From NCBI GenBank assembly GCA_011109175.1, contig RDEW01000094.1:51350-105320 (forward strand): 53,971 nucleotides of DNA, written 5' to 3'. Positions 11,346-22,849 of this stretch are shown here, one piece after another (the stretch's first letter is position 1; each line of letters begins with the position of its first letter). Made by a program: the position numbers and the translations under genes. A model generated the notes under the pieces. That model saw only the letters and a program-made list of their open reading frames with translations, ran no database searches and was not told the DNA's origin. Source of the stretch: Dicyema japonicum. Lineage: Eukaryota; Animalia; Dicyemida.

Positions 11346-12677
11346 ATTTATTCGCAAAACCCCAACTAACTAAACAAGGTAAGAGCCATAACTAAAGAGG
11401 AAAGCAAATTTGGGGTCGTTCTATATCGGGGCACTCTCATGAGACACCGTATGTCTCTTCTCCGTTAAAAACCCCAATTACAATTGCGAGTTTCCACAAG
11501 CAATGTAATAAATCACGGATTCTTCTTGTTTTTCTTTCGTATTCGTCATCAATTACAGATTGCTAAATCCAATCCATGTGCTCAATTTTAGTTTCGTTAT
11601 AATTAGAACTTCCATCTGATCGTGTGGCTATAGCAACCAGCACTGGAGGCCCATTTCGAAGAGAACGGGCATTAAATCAGGGTTATCTGACTACTTCTAG
11701 TTTTTTCGGTGGCTGCCCTCTCTTCTTAAGAGCACCGACTCTATTCCTGTGTTGAAGCTCTACTGTTTCTTTTTTAGAAGGTTTCTTATTATATGTCGTA
11801 TTCCAGCCAGTCTGCCCATACATTCTAAACTCTGACTTTAATTTCTTATTCGTTCCAGTTTTGGAAACTTCACTTTCTCCATTATGGCATTTTCTCGTTT
11901 TAGAAATAATTTTCATTCGATTCTTTCCTTTTTCTAAACTCTGACTTTAATTTCTTATTCGTTCCAGTTTTGGAAACTTCACTTTCTCCATTATGGGCAT
12001 TTTCTCGTTTTAGAAATAATTTTCCATTCGATTCTTTCCTTTTGGTCAATTTTGTTTTTCTTCGCAATGTTAGCTTCAACAGCCTTGGGGCATCTTCCAT
12101 ATTTAGTTTCGTTTATAATTAGAACTTCCATCTGGATCGTGCTGGCTATAGCAACCAGCACTGAGGCCCGTTTCCAAAGAGAACGGGCATTAATCAGGGT
12201 TATCCTGACTACTTCTGGTTTTTTTTTTTTTTTCGGTGGCTGCCCTCTCTTCTCTGTATTGAAGCTTCTACTGTTTCTTTTTTAGAATGTTTCTTACTAT
12301 ATGTCCTATTCAGTTTTAATTTCTTATTCGTTCCAATTTTGGAAACTTCACTTTCTCCATTATGGGCATTTTCTCTTTTTTAGAAGATAATTTTTCCATT
12401 CGATTCTTTCCTTTTTGGTCAATTTTGTTTTTTTTTTCGCTATGTTAGCTTCAACAGCCTTGGGACATCTTCCATAATTGGCAAGTCGATGGATGAACCA
12501 CAATTCAAAAACTTATTATTGTTTTTAACTGGACACTGCGATCTTCTATGTGAATCTGAACAAACAAAACATCTTTCAACCACATCTCCATTAGGCCTGA
12601 AGTATGTCTTCTCAAACTCGTAGTATATTCTTAGTCTGTGTAGCACAAGTGGCACCACTTTTTTCACCAGTGGCACC
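11346..12677 (-). mobile_element. Rearranged related LINE (element C): ORF1 knuckles and ORF2 start duplicated, then deleted through to the ORF2 C-terminus and 3' UTR
   Basis: CFVCSDSHRRSQC knuckle; two copies of ITLINARSL..EVLIINETK; C-terminal HGLDL..RDLLHCLWK matches the end of the 16769 ORF; AATAAA at ~11350. Confidence 0.7.
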
Positions 12678-12756
12678 ACTTTTTCGTCCAAATCAAATCA
12701 AATCAAATCAAATTTATTCCAAAGTAAGTAAGGAGTCAATTAAAGGGATTTTAATC

Positions 12757-12781
12757 GTGTCCGCCTTTGCGGCCTGGACAC
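12757..12781 (-). other. 3' UTR stem-loop of family A LINE
   Basis: GTGTCC..GCC-GCAAA-GGC-GGACAC, about 40 nt upstream of the AATAAA and tail. Confidence 0.55.
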
Positions 12782-12816
12782 TTCACACGTATCCCATCTC
12801 CATTGTAGTCGTCCAT

Positions 12817-15469
12817 TTAGTACGTATTGAGAAGCTGGTTGCCCAACCTTACTTCGATATCTATTTTTACCGGCCTGACAAGGCTATTCTCTTCCTCGGA
12901 GAGGCTTTCATGTAATTTCCTCCCCAGAGATATTTTTATCGCCGCTCGCCTTGTTTTCTCCAGGCGAGCGAGAATCCTTTCTCTCGAGGGAGTATAATAC
13001 CATCCCTCGCATCCATATATCAGTCTTGGAGAATCACAGTTTGGAAGATATAGAGCATTGTATCGGCGTCCAGCATAAGTTTTCTGGAGCAGAACATCGC
13101 TTGAACGGCCTTCTTTCTCCGCTCCTCGATGTCCTTCCGGTACGATCCTCTTCCATCCACTGCAATCCCCAGGTATTTCAGGCTAGAGACTCTCGGTATC
13201 CGTAGCGTATACATCTCTCTCTGGTGTCGATCCAGCCTGCATATTCGCAAGTAACTGGATTTTTCTGTGGATAGTTTCATCCCTCTCCTATCGCACCATG
13301 TCCGAACTCTGTCGACAAAAGCCCCGATTCGTCGCTCAGAGATGTAGGCCTTCAGAGATGAGTCTAGGATTAAGATGTCATCCGCATAAATCATCAGCTT
13401 GGTCCTAACGTTTTGTGGAGAAGGAAAATCTTCCATAAATACGTTGAATAATAGAGGGCTTAGAATAGACCCCTGCGGCACTCCCTTTTAAACAATATAT
13501 CTTCGGAATATCTTCCACCAACCACCACGTTTGATATTCTCCCAGTCAACAGGTTCTTCAGCCATAGGAACATTTGCCTTGATATTTTTGATCGAACCAG
13601 TTGACAGAATAGGCCTCGTGCCATACACTGTCGAAAGCCTTAGATATGTCAAGGCAGACAAGGCTCAACTGGCTCCTCTTCTCAAAAGCATTTGCAATCT
13701 CATAATTTAGAGAGTAAATGCAATTACCACGATCTCCCTGGCCGAAAACCCCATTGGTAACACTGTAGAAAATTACTCTTTTCTATGTATTGATTCAATT
13801 TCTTGAAAATAATCCGTTCCATAATCTTCGATGTAGAACAGATAAGGCTTATAGGCCTATAACTAAGAGGATCTTTCCTCGACTTTCCAGGTTTAGGGAT
13901 CATCTTTACAATTGAGTGCTTCCATAGTGAAGGGGAATGTCCGAGCTTGAAACTTGCGTTATACATCTTTTGTAGAACAGACAGAAATTCATCGGATCCT
14001 TCTTTAAACATAGTCATCGGAATGCTATCAAAACCAGGAGCCTTGTTTTTGCACTCCCGTATAGCAGTCTTGACTTCTGCCAATGTGATTTCCTCTTCCA
14101 TACTATTCAGATCGTCTATGGAGTAATCCATAGAGCTAGATATATCTTCTGAGAATTTTTCAGATATAATACTGACTGGGTCTACTCCCTGTATGTTTTC
14201 TAATTGTTTCCTGAATACTGACGGTACTCTGTCCAGGGGAATTGTTCTTCCATCTTGATCCGCCAGTACAATGTTCTTTGCTCTCAAATTTTTGTTGGTC
14301 AGTCTGGAGTACAATTTCCAGAAGCAAGGATTCTTCCGGTGCACTTTCGAGGCTGCTTTCCTAACTTGGTTTTCGGAATACAACTTCCAGGCTCTTTGTA
14401 TAACTTTTTGGATAGCATCGATATTGTTTTTCAAAGTTATCCTGTCCCACATGTCCACACATCGTCTGTGTTTCGTCTTCAGAGTATTCCTCTCGCGAAT
14501 AAGACCCCGAATAGAGGGAGGGCAGGACTGATTCGTTTTCGGAAGGATTTTTGAGTAAATCTTCTTTGCATATAATCGCATATACATCGTAATAGTATTG
14601 GATAGATCTCGGTTGAAAGAATCCAACTCATTATGTGTAGAAAAGGAATAATTAATCTTCATTAACATACTCTTCGATAAATAATGACGATAATGTTCCC
14701 AGTCTACCGACGAGGTATCATAATACAGAAAAATGTCTTCAATAATATCCGGTTCAAGATTTATGGTCATCTCCATAGGGATATGGTCACTCCCTATATC
14801 CCAGAGTAACCTTGGCCTGTTTACATGGTCTAGTAGTTGTGGAGATACTAAGGCCAATCCCAGCATATCACCCCCGTAGTATGAGAAGTGATTAGGTTCT
14901 TCGGTCGTTAAGACTTCGACTCCAATTTCCCCGACCAAATCTGCTAGTAGTTGACCGTCCCTGTTGTTTCCATAGCATCCATAGGTCCTGTTCTTGGCGT
15001 TCAAATCTCCCACAAGGATCGACATTGGGTTTCTTTCGAAGAACTCGACAATTTTCACAGAGGACCGGGCCAAGTCCTTAGAATATAGCCCTCCCACGGT
15101 TATCCACGTTCCACCACATTGCACGTCGACAGACACGAATTCCGAATCGTCGGCCGATATAATGCAGTCGTTTCGAGTTTGCAATAGTTTATGAAAGAAG
15201 ATTGAGGTTCCTGTTCCAGCAACTGCTCCATCTTTCCATGGAATGTCCACTGAGTCATATCCTTCCAGAATATAATGCCTTCCTTCTCGAATCTTCGTCT
15301 CGTTGACTACCAAGACATCTGCCTTGGCAGTCCTCATAAGTAGTGCTAGTTCATCATGCCTTTTCACCAAGGAGCGGGCATTCACCAGCACTAACTTTAG
15401 GATTCTTTTCAGATTTCTTTTTGGTGGCCCGGGCTCTCCATGGCCAGGTCCACCATTTCCCGTAAATCC
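12817..15469 (-). CDS. LINE ORF2 (APE + RT), no upstream ATG, broken by a few single-base frameshifts (~13720, ~13500, ~13020)
   Basis: VNARSL, VNETK, GDLNAK, GSDHIP (APE); YRPISL, QWGFRPG, DISKAFD, PQGSILSP, YADD (RT); last frame ends with TAA at 12817. Confidence 0.85.
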
Positions 15470-16566
15470 ACTCCCAAAGTAACACTAAGTTCTCTCAATC
15501 TTGTAATAATTTCATATAGTTCTTCTTTGATTCTTCCTGGTATTTTCCCTCTGGTTTGCCATGCCGGTTTCTTTGGTAGATTATCTGCAGACGGCTTGTT
15601 AACACTTGGACCAACAGTTCTTTTTCGTGGTAGCGTCTCAACCTTGTTGTCTATGTCGTTCGTAGGTTTCACATCTGCTTTTTGGATTTGAGGAATGAGC
15701 TTTCGCCTGGCCTCCACAAGCACAGGGCATCCTTCATACCTCGCACCGTGTTTGGCAGACCCACAATTGATACATTTCCGTTCAGAATCCAAAATTATAG
15801 TACATTTGGAAATATCGTGTTCTCCCGCGCAACGTAGACATCTTTGCTTTCCTGTGCACTGGTATGAGAAGTGGCCTATATGCTGACATTTATAACAGAT
15901 CGGCGGTCCTCTTCTCTTCCACTCGCAGGATATTTTGTTCACTCCAATATAGAAACCACAACGTATTAACGATGTGGCTTCTGGTCTACTCTTAATCGTG
16001 GCCATCGCCATTGGCATGGGCCGCGATCCTTTGGACATTCGGGTCACTTTCGTAGTTGAGGGAGCCATTTCCTGTAGGTAGTCCAAGAGGTCGTCCTCCC
16101 TCACCCAGAACGGAAGGTTCCTCAGGACAATCTCAGATGGTTTGGCTGAGATTGCCCTAAAGTGGTGGTTGTCCAGACCAAAGGGACAGGTCTCATTTAT
16201 GGCCTCCATGTAGGTGGCCATGTGTGAGTTGTCTCGGAAGTCCAGACGGAAGGAGCCCGGTCCTCTGTGGCTCATCCTCATGCATCCGTGTTGGTCATAG
16301 AGGTATAGTGTGTTCGCAATCCTTATTGCACTGGTGGCGGAATTCACTGTTATCAGCACGGACAAGTTTTCTGTGGGATTTGGTTCGTTTGATGCTTTAT
16401 TCATAACTGAAGAGTCGTACTTCGTTGGTTCATTGGCAGGTTTAGGAGGTTCTGCCTTTTGCGGCGTCTTGTTTTCCAGAGCAAATGACTGAGCAGTAGT
16501 AGCCCCCGGGGGACGAGAGGAGTTTCCATTTTTCGTTGAAACTTTCGCCTTTCTTGAAACAACCAT
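15409..16566 (-). CDS. LINE ORF1, gag-like with three CCHC knuckles (first ATG at 16566)
   Basis: Open frame; the track start at 16620 is a TTG lying outside the TSD. Confidence 0.9.
   Translation of the reverse strand: MVVSRKAKVSTKNGNSSRPPGATTAQSFALENKTPQKAEPPKPANEPTKYDSSVMNKASNEPNPTENLSVLITVNSATSAIRIANTLYLYDQHGCMRMSHRGPGSFRLDFRDNSHMATYMEAINETCPFGLDNHHFRAISAKPSEIVLRNLPFWVREDDLLDYLQEMAPSTTKVTRMSKGSRPMPMAMATIKSRPEATSLIRCGFYIGVNKISCEWKRRGPPICYKCQHIGHFSYQCTGKQRCLRCAGEHDISKCTIILDSERKCINCGSAKHGARYEGCPVLVEARRKLIPQIQKADVKPTNDIDNKVETLPRKRTVGPSVNKPSADNLPKKPAWQTRGKIPGRIKEELYEIITRLRELSVTLGVDLREMVDLAMESPGHQKEI
15423..15469 (-). promoter_or_regulatory. Candidate -1 programmed ribosomal frameshift signal (identical at 1645-1691)
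   Basis: G_GAU_UUA in ORF1 phase, 8-nt spacer, hairpin GGUGG(A)CCUGG / CCGGGCCACC; the -1 frame is open into the APE. Confidence 0.7.
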
Positions 16567-16610
16567 GGCAACCAAAATTCGGAAAAATTCCTTATTACTT
16601 TTTCGTCCAA

Positions 16611-17590
16611 GACAAGACAAATTTTATTTTCTAACAAACCCCAAAACTAATTACTGTAAAGAAACCAAAACCTGAACCAAAACTAATAAAGTGGGTTTGT
16701 ATTCATCGTGTAGGGTCATTTTATGAGACACCACATGTCTCTACTTCGTTTGGACCCCAAAAATTACATCACATTTTCCATAAGTGATGTAATAATTTTT
16801 CTATCTTTCTGACTTTCAGGTCGTAATCCTCTTCGATATTAGATTTTAAGTCCAGTCCATATGCCAATTTAATCGCAAATCTTCTGGACTTTTCCAATTT
16901 TTTGACAAAGACATCACTTTCTTTTGTTCTAAACCATCCTTGATAACCATATATCAAGAATGGTTCAACACACGCCGAATACACAAAAAGAAAAGTTTCT
17001 GGCTCCAAATGAAATCGAATTAAAGATTTCAACATTCCTGTAGCTTTCTTTCTTCGTGTTTTAATATGTTCCTTGAAAGATCCTCTTCGGTCTATCAACA
17101 ATCCGAGATACTTCAATGTTTCAGAGATTTTTATATCCCCAGTATTCACACATTGATTAATATTTTTTCTTTTACTTGCAATCCAAGTGACTGTTGTTTT
17201 TTCCCTCGATAGAGTTAACCCATTGTTTTGGCACCACTTTCCAATCTTAGTAATATGGGATTCCACTCTTTTCCATGAAATTTGTTTATTCATGCTTGAA
17301 TCAAGCACAAGAATGTCATCAGCATAAATAATCATTTGACTATTTACGCTCTCTGTTTTTGGCAAATCTCTCATTACGCAATTGAAGAGTAGCGGGCTGA
17401 GAATTGAACCCTGTGGAACTCCTCTTCGCAATTCAATTTTCTTTGAAATTAAATTTCCAACACGTATATATGACTTTCTTTTTGAAAGAAAGTTTTCTAT
17501 CCATAATAACGCAGTTTTCCAAATTTTCTGCTTTTGACAACGTATCACAAGTCCAAAGTGCCAAACACTGTCAAACGCAATTTCTATATT
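16611..17590 (-). mobile_element. 5'-truncated related LINE (family B): RT C-terminal half, 3' UTR, AATAAA, (TTGTC)2 tail
   Basis: AFDSVWH, GVPQGSILSP, YADD, KYLG; stop at 16769; 3' UTR similar to 11346-11490. Confidence 0.85.
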
Positions 17591-20500
17591 AAATTTAATT
17601 ATATAAATCAATGATTTATTGTCTTTCTTTAAAATGCATTTTATCATTAATTTTTTAAAAAATATATTTCTCATTAATAAAAAATAAAAAATATCCCTTT
17701 TTCCTTTTATGGGATCATGATTTTCCCTTTTCCTTTTGTGGGTGATCATTCTTTCAAAGTTTCCGCCAACTGACTCTTCAGCCAATTCGGCAATTTCTAT
17801 ATTAAATTTAATTATATAAATCAATGATTTATTGTCTTTTTTAAAATGCATTTTATCATTAATTTCTTAAAAAATATTTTCTCATTAATAAAAATATAAA
17901 AAATATCCCTTTTTCCTTTTATGGGATCATGATTTTCCCTTTTCCTTTTGTGGGTGATCATTCTTTCAAATCCGCCAACTGACTCTTCAGCCAATTCGGC
18001 AATTTCTATATTAAATTTAATCATATAAATCAATGATTTATTGTTTTGTTTAAAATTCATTTTATCATTAATTTCTTAAAAAATATTTTCTCATTAATAA
18101 AAATATAAAAAATATCCCTTTTTCCTTTTATGGGATCATGATTTTCCCTTTTCCTTTTGTGGGTGATCATTCTTTCAAATTACTGCCAACTGACTCTTCA
18201 GCCAATTCGGCAATTTCTATATTAAATTTAATTATATAAATCAATGATTTATTGTTTTGTTTAAAATTTATTTTATCATTAATTTCTTAAAAAATATTTT
18301 CTCATTAATAAAAATTAAAAAATATCCCTTTTTCCTTTTATGGGATCATGATTTTCCCTTTTCCTTTTGTGGGTGATCATTCTTTCAATTACTGCCAACT
18401 GACTCTTCAGCCAATTCGGCAATTTCTATATTAAATTTAATTATATAAATCAATGATTTATTGTCTTTCTTTAAAATGCTCATTTTATCATTAATTTCTT
18501 AAAAAATATTTTCTCATTAATAAAAAATAAAAAATATCCCTTTTTCCTTTTATGGGATCATGATTTTCCCTTTTCCTTTTGTGGGTGATCATTCTTTCAA
18601 GTTTCCGCCAACTGACTCTTCAGCCAATTCGGCAATTTCTATATTAAATTTAATTATATAAATCAATGATTTATTGTCTTTCTTTAAAATGCATTTTATC
18701 ATTAATTTCTAAAAAATATTTTCTCATTAATAAAAATATAAAAAATATCCCTTTTTCCTTTTATGGGATCATGATTTTCCCTTTTCCTTTTGTGGGTGAT
18801 CATTCTTTCAATCCGCCAACTGACTCTTCATCCAATTCGGCAATTTCTATATTAAATTTAATTATATAAATCAATGATTTATTGTTTTGTTTAAAATTTA
18901 TTTTATCATTAATTTCTTAAAAAATAATTTCTCATCAAAAAAATAAAAAATATCCCTTTTTCCTTTTATGGGATCATGATTTTCCCTTTTCCTTTTGTGG
19001 GTGATCATTCTTTCACGATTACTGCCAACTGACTCTTCATCCAATTCGGCAATTTCTATATCAAATTTAATTATATAAATCAATGATTTATTGGTTTTGT
19101 TTAAAATTTATTATCATTAATTTCTTAAAAAATATTTTCTCATTAATAAAAATATAAAAAATATCCCTTTTTCCTTTTATGGGATCATGATTTTCCCTTT
19201 TCCTTTTGTGGGTGATCATTCTTTCAAATTCCGCCAACTGACTCTTCAGCCAATTCGGCAATTTCTATATTAAATTTAATTATAAATCAATGATTTATTG
19301 TTTTGTTTAAAATTTATTATCATTAATTTCTTAAAAAATATTTTCTCATTAATAAAAATATAAAAAATATCCCTTTTTCCTTTTATGGGATCATGATGTT
19401 CCCTTTTCCTTTTGTGGGTGATCATTCTTTCAAATTACTGCCAACTGACTCTTCAGCCAATTCGGCAATTTCTATATTAAATTTAATTATATAAATCAAT
19501 GATTTATTGGTTTTGTTTAAAATTTATTATCATTAATTTCTTAAAAAATATTTTCATTAATAAAAATATAAAAAGTATCCCTTTTTCCTTTTATGGGATC
19601 ATGATTTTCACTTTTCCTTTTTTGGCGAATCATTCTTTCAATCTTTCGCCAACTGACTCTTCATCCAATTCTGCAATTTCTATATTAAATTTAATTATAT
19701 AATCAATGATTTATTGCTTTTGTTTAAAATTTATTTTATCATTTATTTCTTAAAAAATTATTTCTCATAAATAAAAATAAAAAATATCCCTTTTTCCTTT
19801 TATGGGATCATGATTTTCCCTTTTCCTTTTGTGGGTGATCATTCTTTTACACATTACTGCCAACTGACTCTTCATCCAATTCGGCAATTTCTATATTAAA
19901 TTTAATTATATAAATCAATGATTTATTGTCTTTCTTTAAATGCATTTTATCATTAATTTCTTAAAAAATATATTCTCATTAATAAAAAATAAAAAATATC
20001 CCTTTTTCCTTTTATGGGATCGTGATTTTCCCTTTTCCTTTTGTGGGTGATCATTCTTTCAAATTACTGCCAACTGACTCTTCAGCCAATTCGGCAATTT
20101 CTATATTAAATTTAATTATATAAATCAATGATTTATTGCTTTTGTTTAATATTTATTATCATTTATTTCTTAAAAAATAATTTCTCATTAATAAAAATAT
20201 AAAAAATATCCCTTTTTCCTTTTATGGGATCATGATTTTCCCTTTTCCTTTTGTGGGTGATCATTCTTTCAAAGTTTCCGCCAACTGACTCTTCAGCCAA
20301 TTCGGCAATTTCTATATTAAATTTAATTATAAAATCAATGATTTATTGCTTTTGTTTAAAATTTATTATCATTAATTTCTTAAAAAATAATTTCTCATTA
20401 ATAAAAATATAAAAAGTATCCCTTTTTCCTTTTATGGGATCATGATTTTCCCTTTTCCTTTTGTGGGTGATCATTCTTTTAAATTACTGCCAACTGACTC

Positions 20501-21400
20501 TTCAGCAAATTCCGCAATTTCTATATCAAATTTAATTATATAAATCAATGATTTATTGCTTTTGTTTAAAATTTATTATCATTAATTTCTTAAAAAATAA
20601 TTTCTCATTAATAAAAATATAAAAAAATCCCTTTTTCCTTTTATGAGATCATGATTTTCCCTTTTCCTGTTGTGGGTGATCATTCTTTTAATTACTGCCA
20701 AATGACTCTTCATCCAATTTCGCAATTTCTATATCAAATTTAATTATAAATCAATGATTTATTGGTTTTGTTTAAAATTTATTATCATTAATTTCTTAAA
20801 AAATATTTTCTCATTAATAAAAATATAAAAAATATCCCTTTTTCCTTTTATGGGATCATGATTTTCCCTTTTCCTTTTGTGGGTGATCATTCTTTCAATC
20901 CTGCCAACTGACTCTTCAGCCAATTCGGCAATTTCTATATTAAATTTAATTATTAAATCAATGATTTATTGTCTTTCTTTAAAATGCATTTTATCATTAA
21001 TTTCTTAAAAAATATTTCTCATTAATAAAAAATAAAAAATATCCCTTTTTCCTTTTATGGGATCATGATTTTCCCTTTTCCTTTTGTGGGTGATCATTCT
21101 TTCAACATTACTGCCAACTGACTCTTCAGCCAATTCGGCAATTTCTATATTAAATTTAATTATTTAAATCAATGATTTATTGTCTTTTTAAAATGCATTT
21201 TATCATTAATATCTTAAAAAATATTTTCTCATTAATAAAAAATAAAAAATATCCCCTTTTTCCTTTTATGGGATCATGATCTTTTTCCTTTATTGGTGTC
21301 ATTTCTTTCAAATCACCACCAATGACTCTTCAGCCAATTTGCAATTTTTCTTATTATATTTTAATTATATAAATCAATAATTAAGTTGTCTGATTTATTA
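17577..21400 (+). repeat. Satellite array, ~210-bp monomer, ~18 copies
   Basis: GCAATTT anchor recurs at 17577, 17790, 17999, 18210 ... 21138, 21341 (periods 203-213). Confidence 0.97.
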
Positions 21401-22399
21401 AATTACTCACAATTTTTTGCTTTTCTGAACACGTTTTCATCTTCTTCAATTGGTTCCGTTCTGGAACAGGACACCCTCTTAATTTGGATTTATTAGTCTC
21501 GGCATCGATCTGATTGCAATATCTTCCAGATTATTTCAGAATTCAAAAAATACCATCATGACCACACGTATATGGATTTTTAATTTTATCTCATTCTTGA
21601 GTAATCTCATCGTGACTAATGAGTTCTATACATGAGGTTATTATAGGTACCAAATTACGAATTCGACGGGAGGAGTTTTTGAAATGTCTATAGAAACGTA
21701 AACGTAATACTTCATTAGCTTACTTTGAGCGGGGGGAGATTCTGTTTCATTTGATATGCATAATTTGATTTGAGGAATAGTATTCCATAGTCTCGTGGGA
21801 TTAATTTCTCCAATTGATGATAAGATAGGTTCCTAAAGTTTCCTTTCTTAGCTTTTGTGTCGAATGTCTAATGGAAATGAGAAGAGGTGGATCGCACAAT
21901 TTTTGATCATCAGAATTTTATTTTTATGGTGGCAACCCTAAATTTTTATCGTAATTTCCCGCGTGCTAGATTATTTTATGTTATAGTTTTAAAAATTGTG
22001 GAAAGATTATTTGGAATATGAAATTCAATGATTCCTTGCGAAATAAATGCCCTGAACATCCAACGAGTAAGGAAATATAAGCTACTTTAGAAAATTCATA
22101 CTACACGTGGAGTTCACATGAAGGAGTCAACAAATCGAATATGAAATCAGAAAACGACATTTTACTTTGAAGTTTGTAATTTTCGAATCCTTCAAAAGTT
22201 TTAATTTCTTTTTATTGATGATATACCAGGTTTTTGCTTTTGGTAAAAATGAATGATTTCAGATAAATTTTATTGATCTAAAAATAAGTCTGCAATTGAA
22301 TTTTGAAGGATTCATGACAATTGAATCAAAATTTATTAACGTCTAATTTTAGCCTGGAAATGGCCGACTTAATTAATTCCTTACTTTTTTTCTTTTCTT

Positions 22400-22610
22400 T
22401 TTTTCTCATTAAAAAAATATCCCTTTTTCCTTTTATGGGATCCTGATACCCCCTTTTTCCTTTATTGGGACATCAATCTTTCCACCACACAACCAACTGA
22501 CTCTTCAGCCAATCGGGCAATTACTTGTGTTTATTATATTTTAATTATATAGATCAACAATTAAGGTGTCTGATTATTAAATTACTCACAAATTTGTGCT
22601 TGGCTAAATA
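22400..22610 (+). repeat. Solo diverged satellite monomer sharing the array's 3' flank
   Basis: Matches 21240-21470, including aattactcacaa and gttcc..ctggaacagga. Confidence 0.8.
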
Positions 22611-22849
22611 AGTTACTATCATCTTCTATTGTTCCGCTCTGGAACAGGAGTGTATATCCATTCGTCTCTGGATCAACCTATGACAACCTCATCCGTGCTT
22701 TTGTGGATCTGTTGTGGACTGCAAAGAGCTTCTGAGTGCTTTTATTTCTTTGTTTACCTTGAGCTTGTTCTACAAAACTATATAGTTACGTACATACAGT
22801 CGGAAATCGGAGTTCTCTTTCGATATCTTGTACTTGATGGCTACTCTCA

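Larger units (their letters stand above)
12692..16596 (-). mobile_element. Full-length family A LINE, copy 2 (~3.9 kb), (TTTGA)n tail, 14-bp TSD
   Basis: ACTTTTTCGTCCAA at 12678-12691 and 16597-16610; AATAAA (12713-12718) followed by (TTTGA)4; ORF1 and APE-RT ORF2. Confidence 0.92.

Noticed and set aside
15455-15461. GGGAAAU as the slippery heptamer
   Set aside because: Out of phase with ORF1 codons and has no spacer before the hairpin; G_GAU_UUA fits instead.
16690-16762. Twister-like ribozyme in the LINE 3' UTR
   Set aside because: Hairpin followed by AUAAAA is only superficially similar; I could not assign the required pseudoknots.
16769-17851. 360-aa ORF as a genuine protein
   Set aside because: The N-terminal ~90 aa are translated satellite (internally repeated) fused to a truncated RT.
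17821-19702. Short ORFs within the satellite
   Set aside because: Chance frames in tandem repeats; not maintained between monomers.
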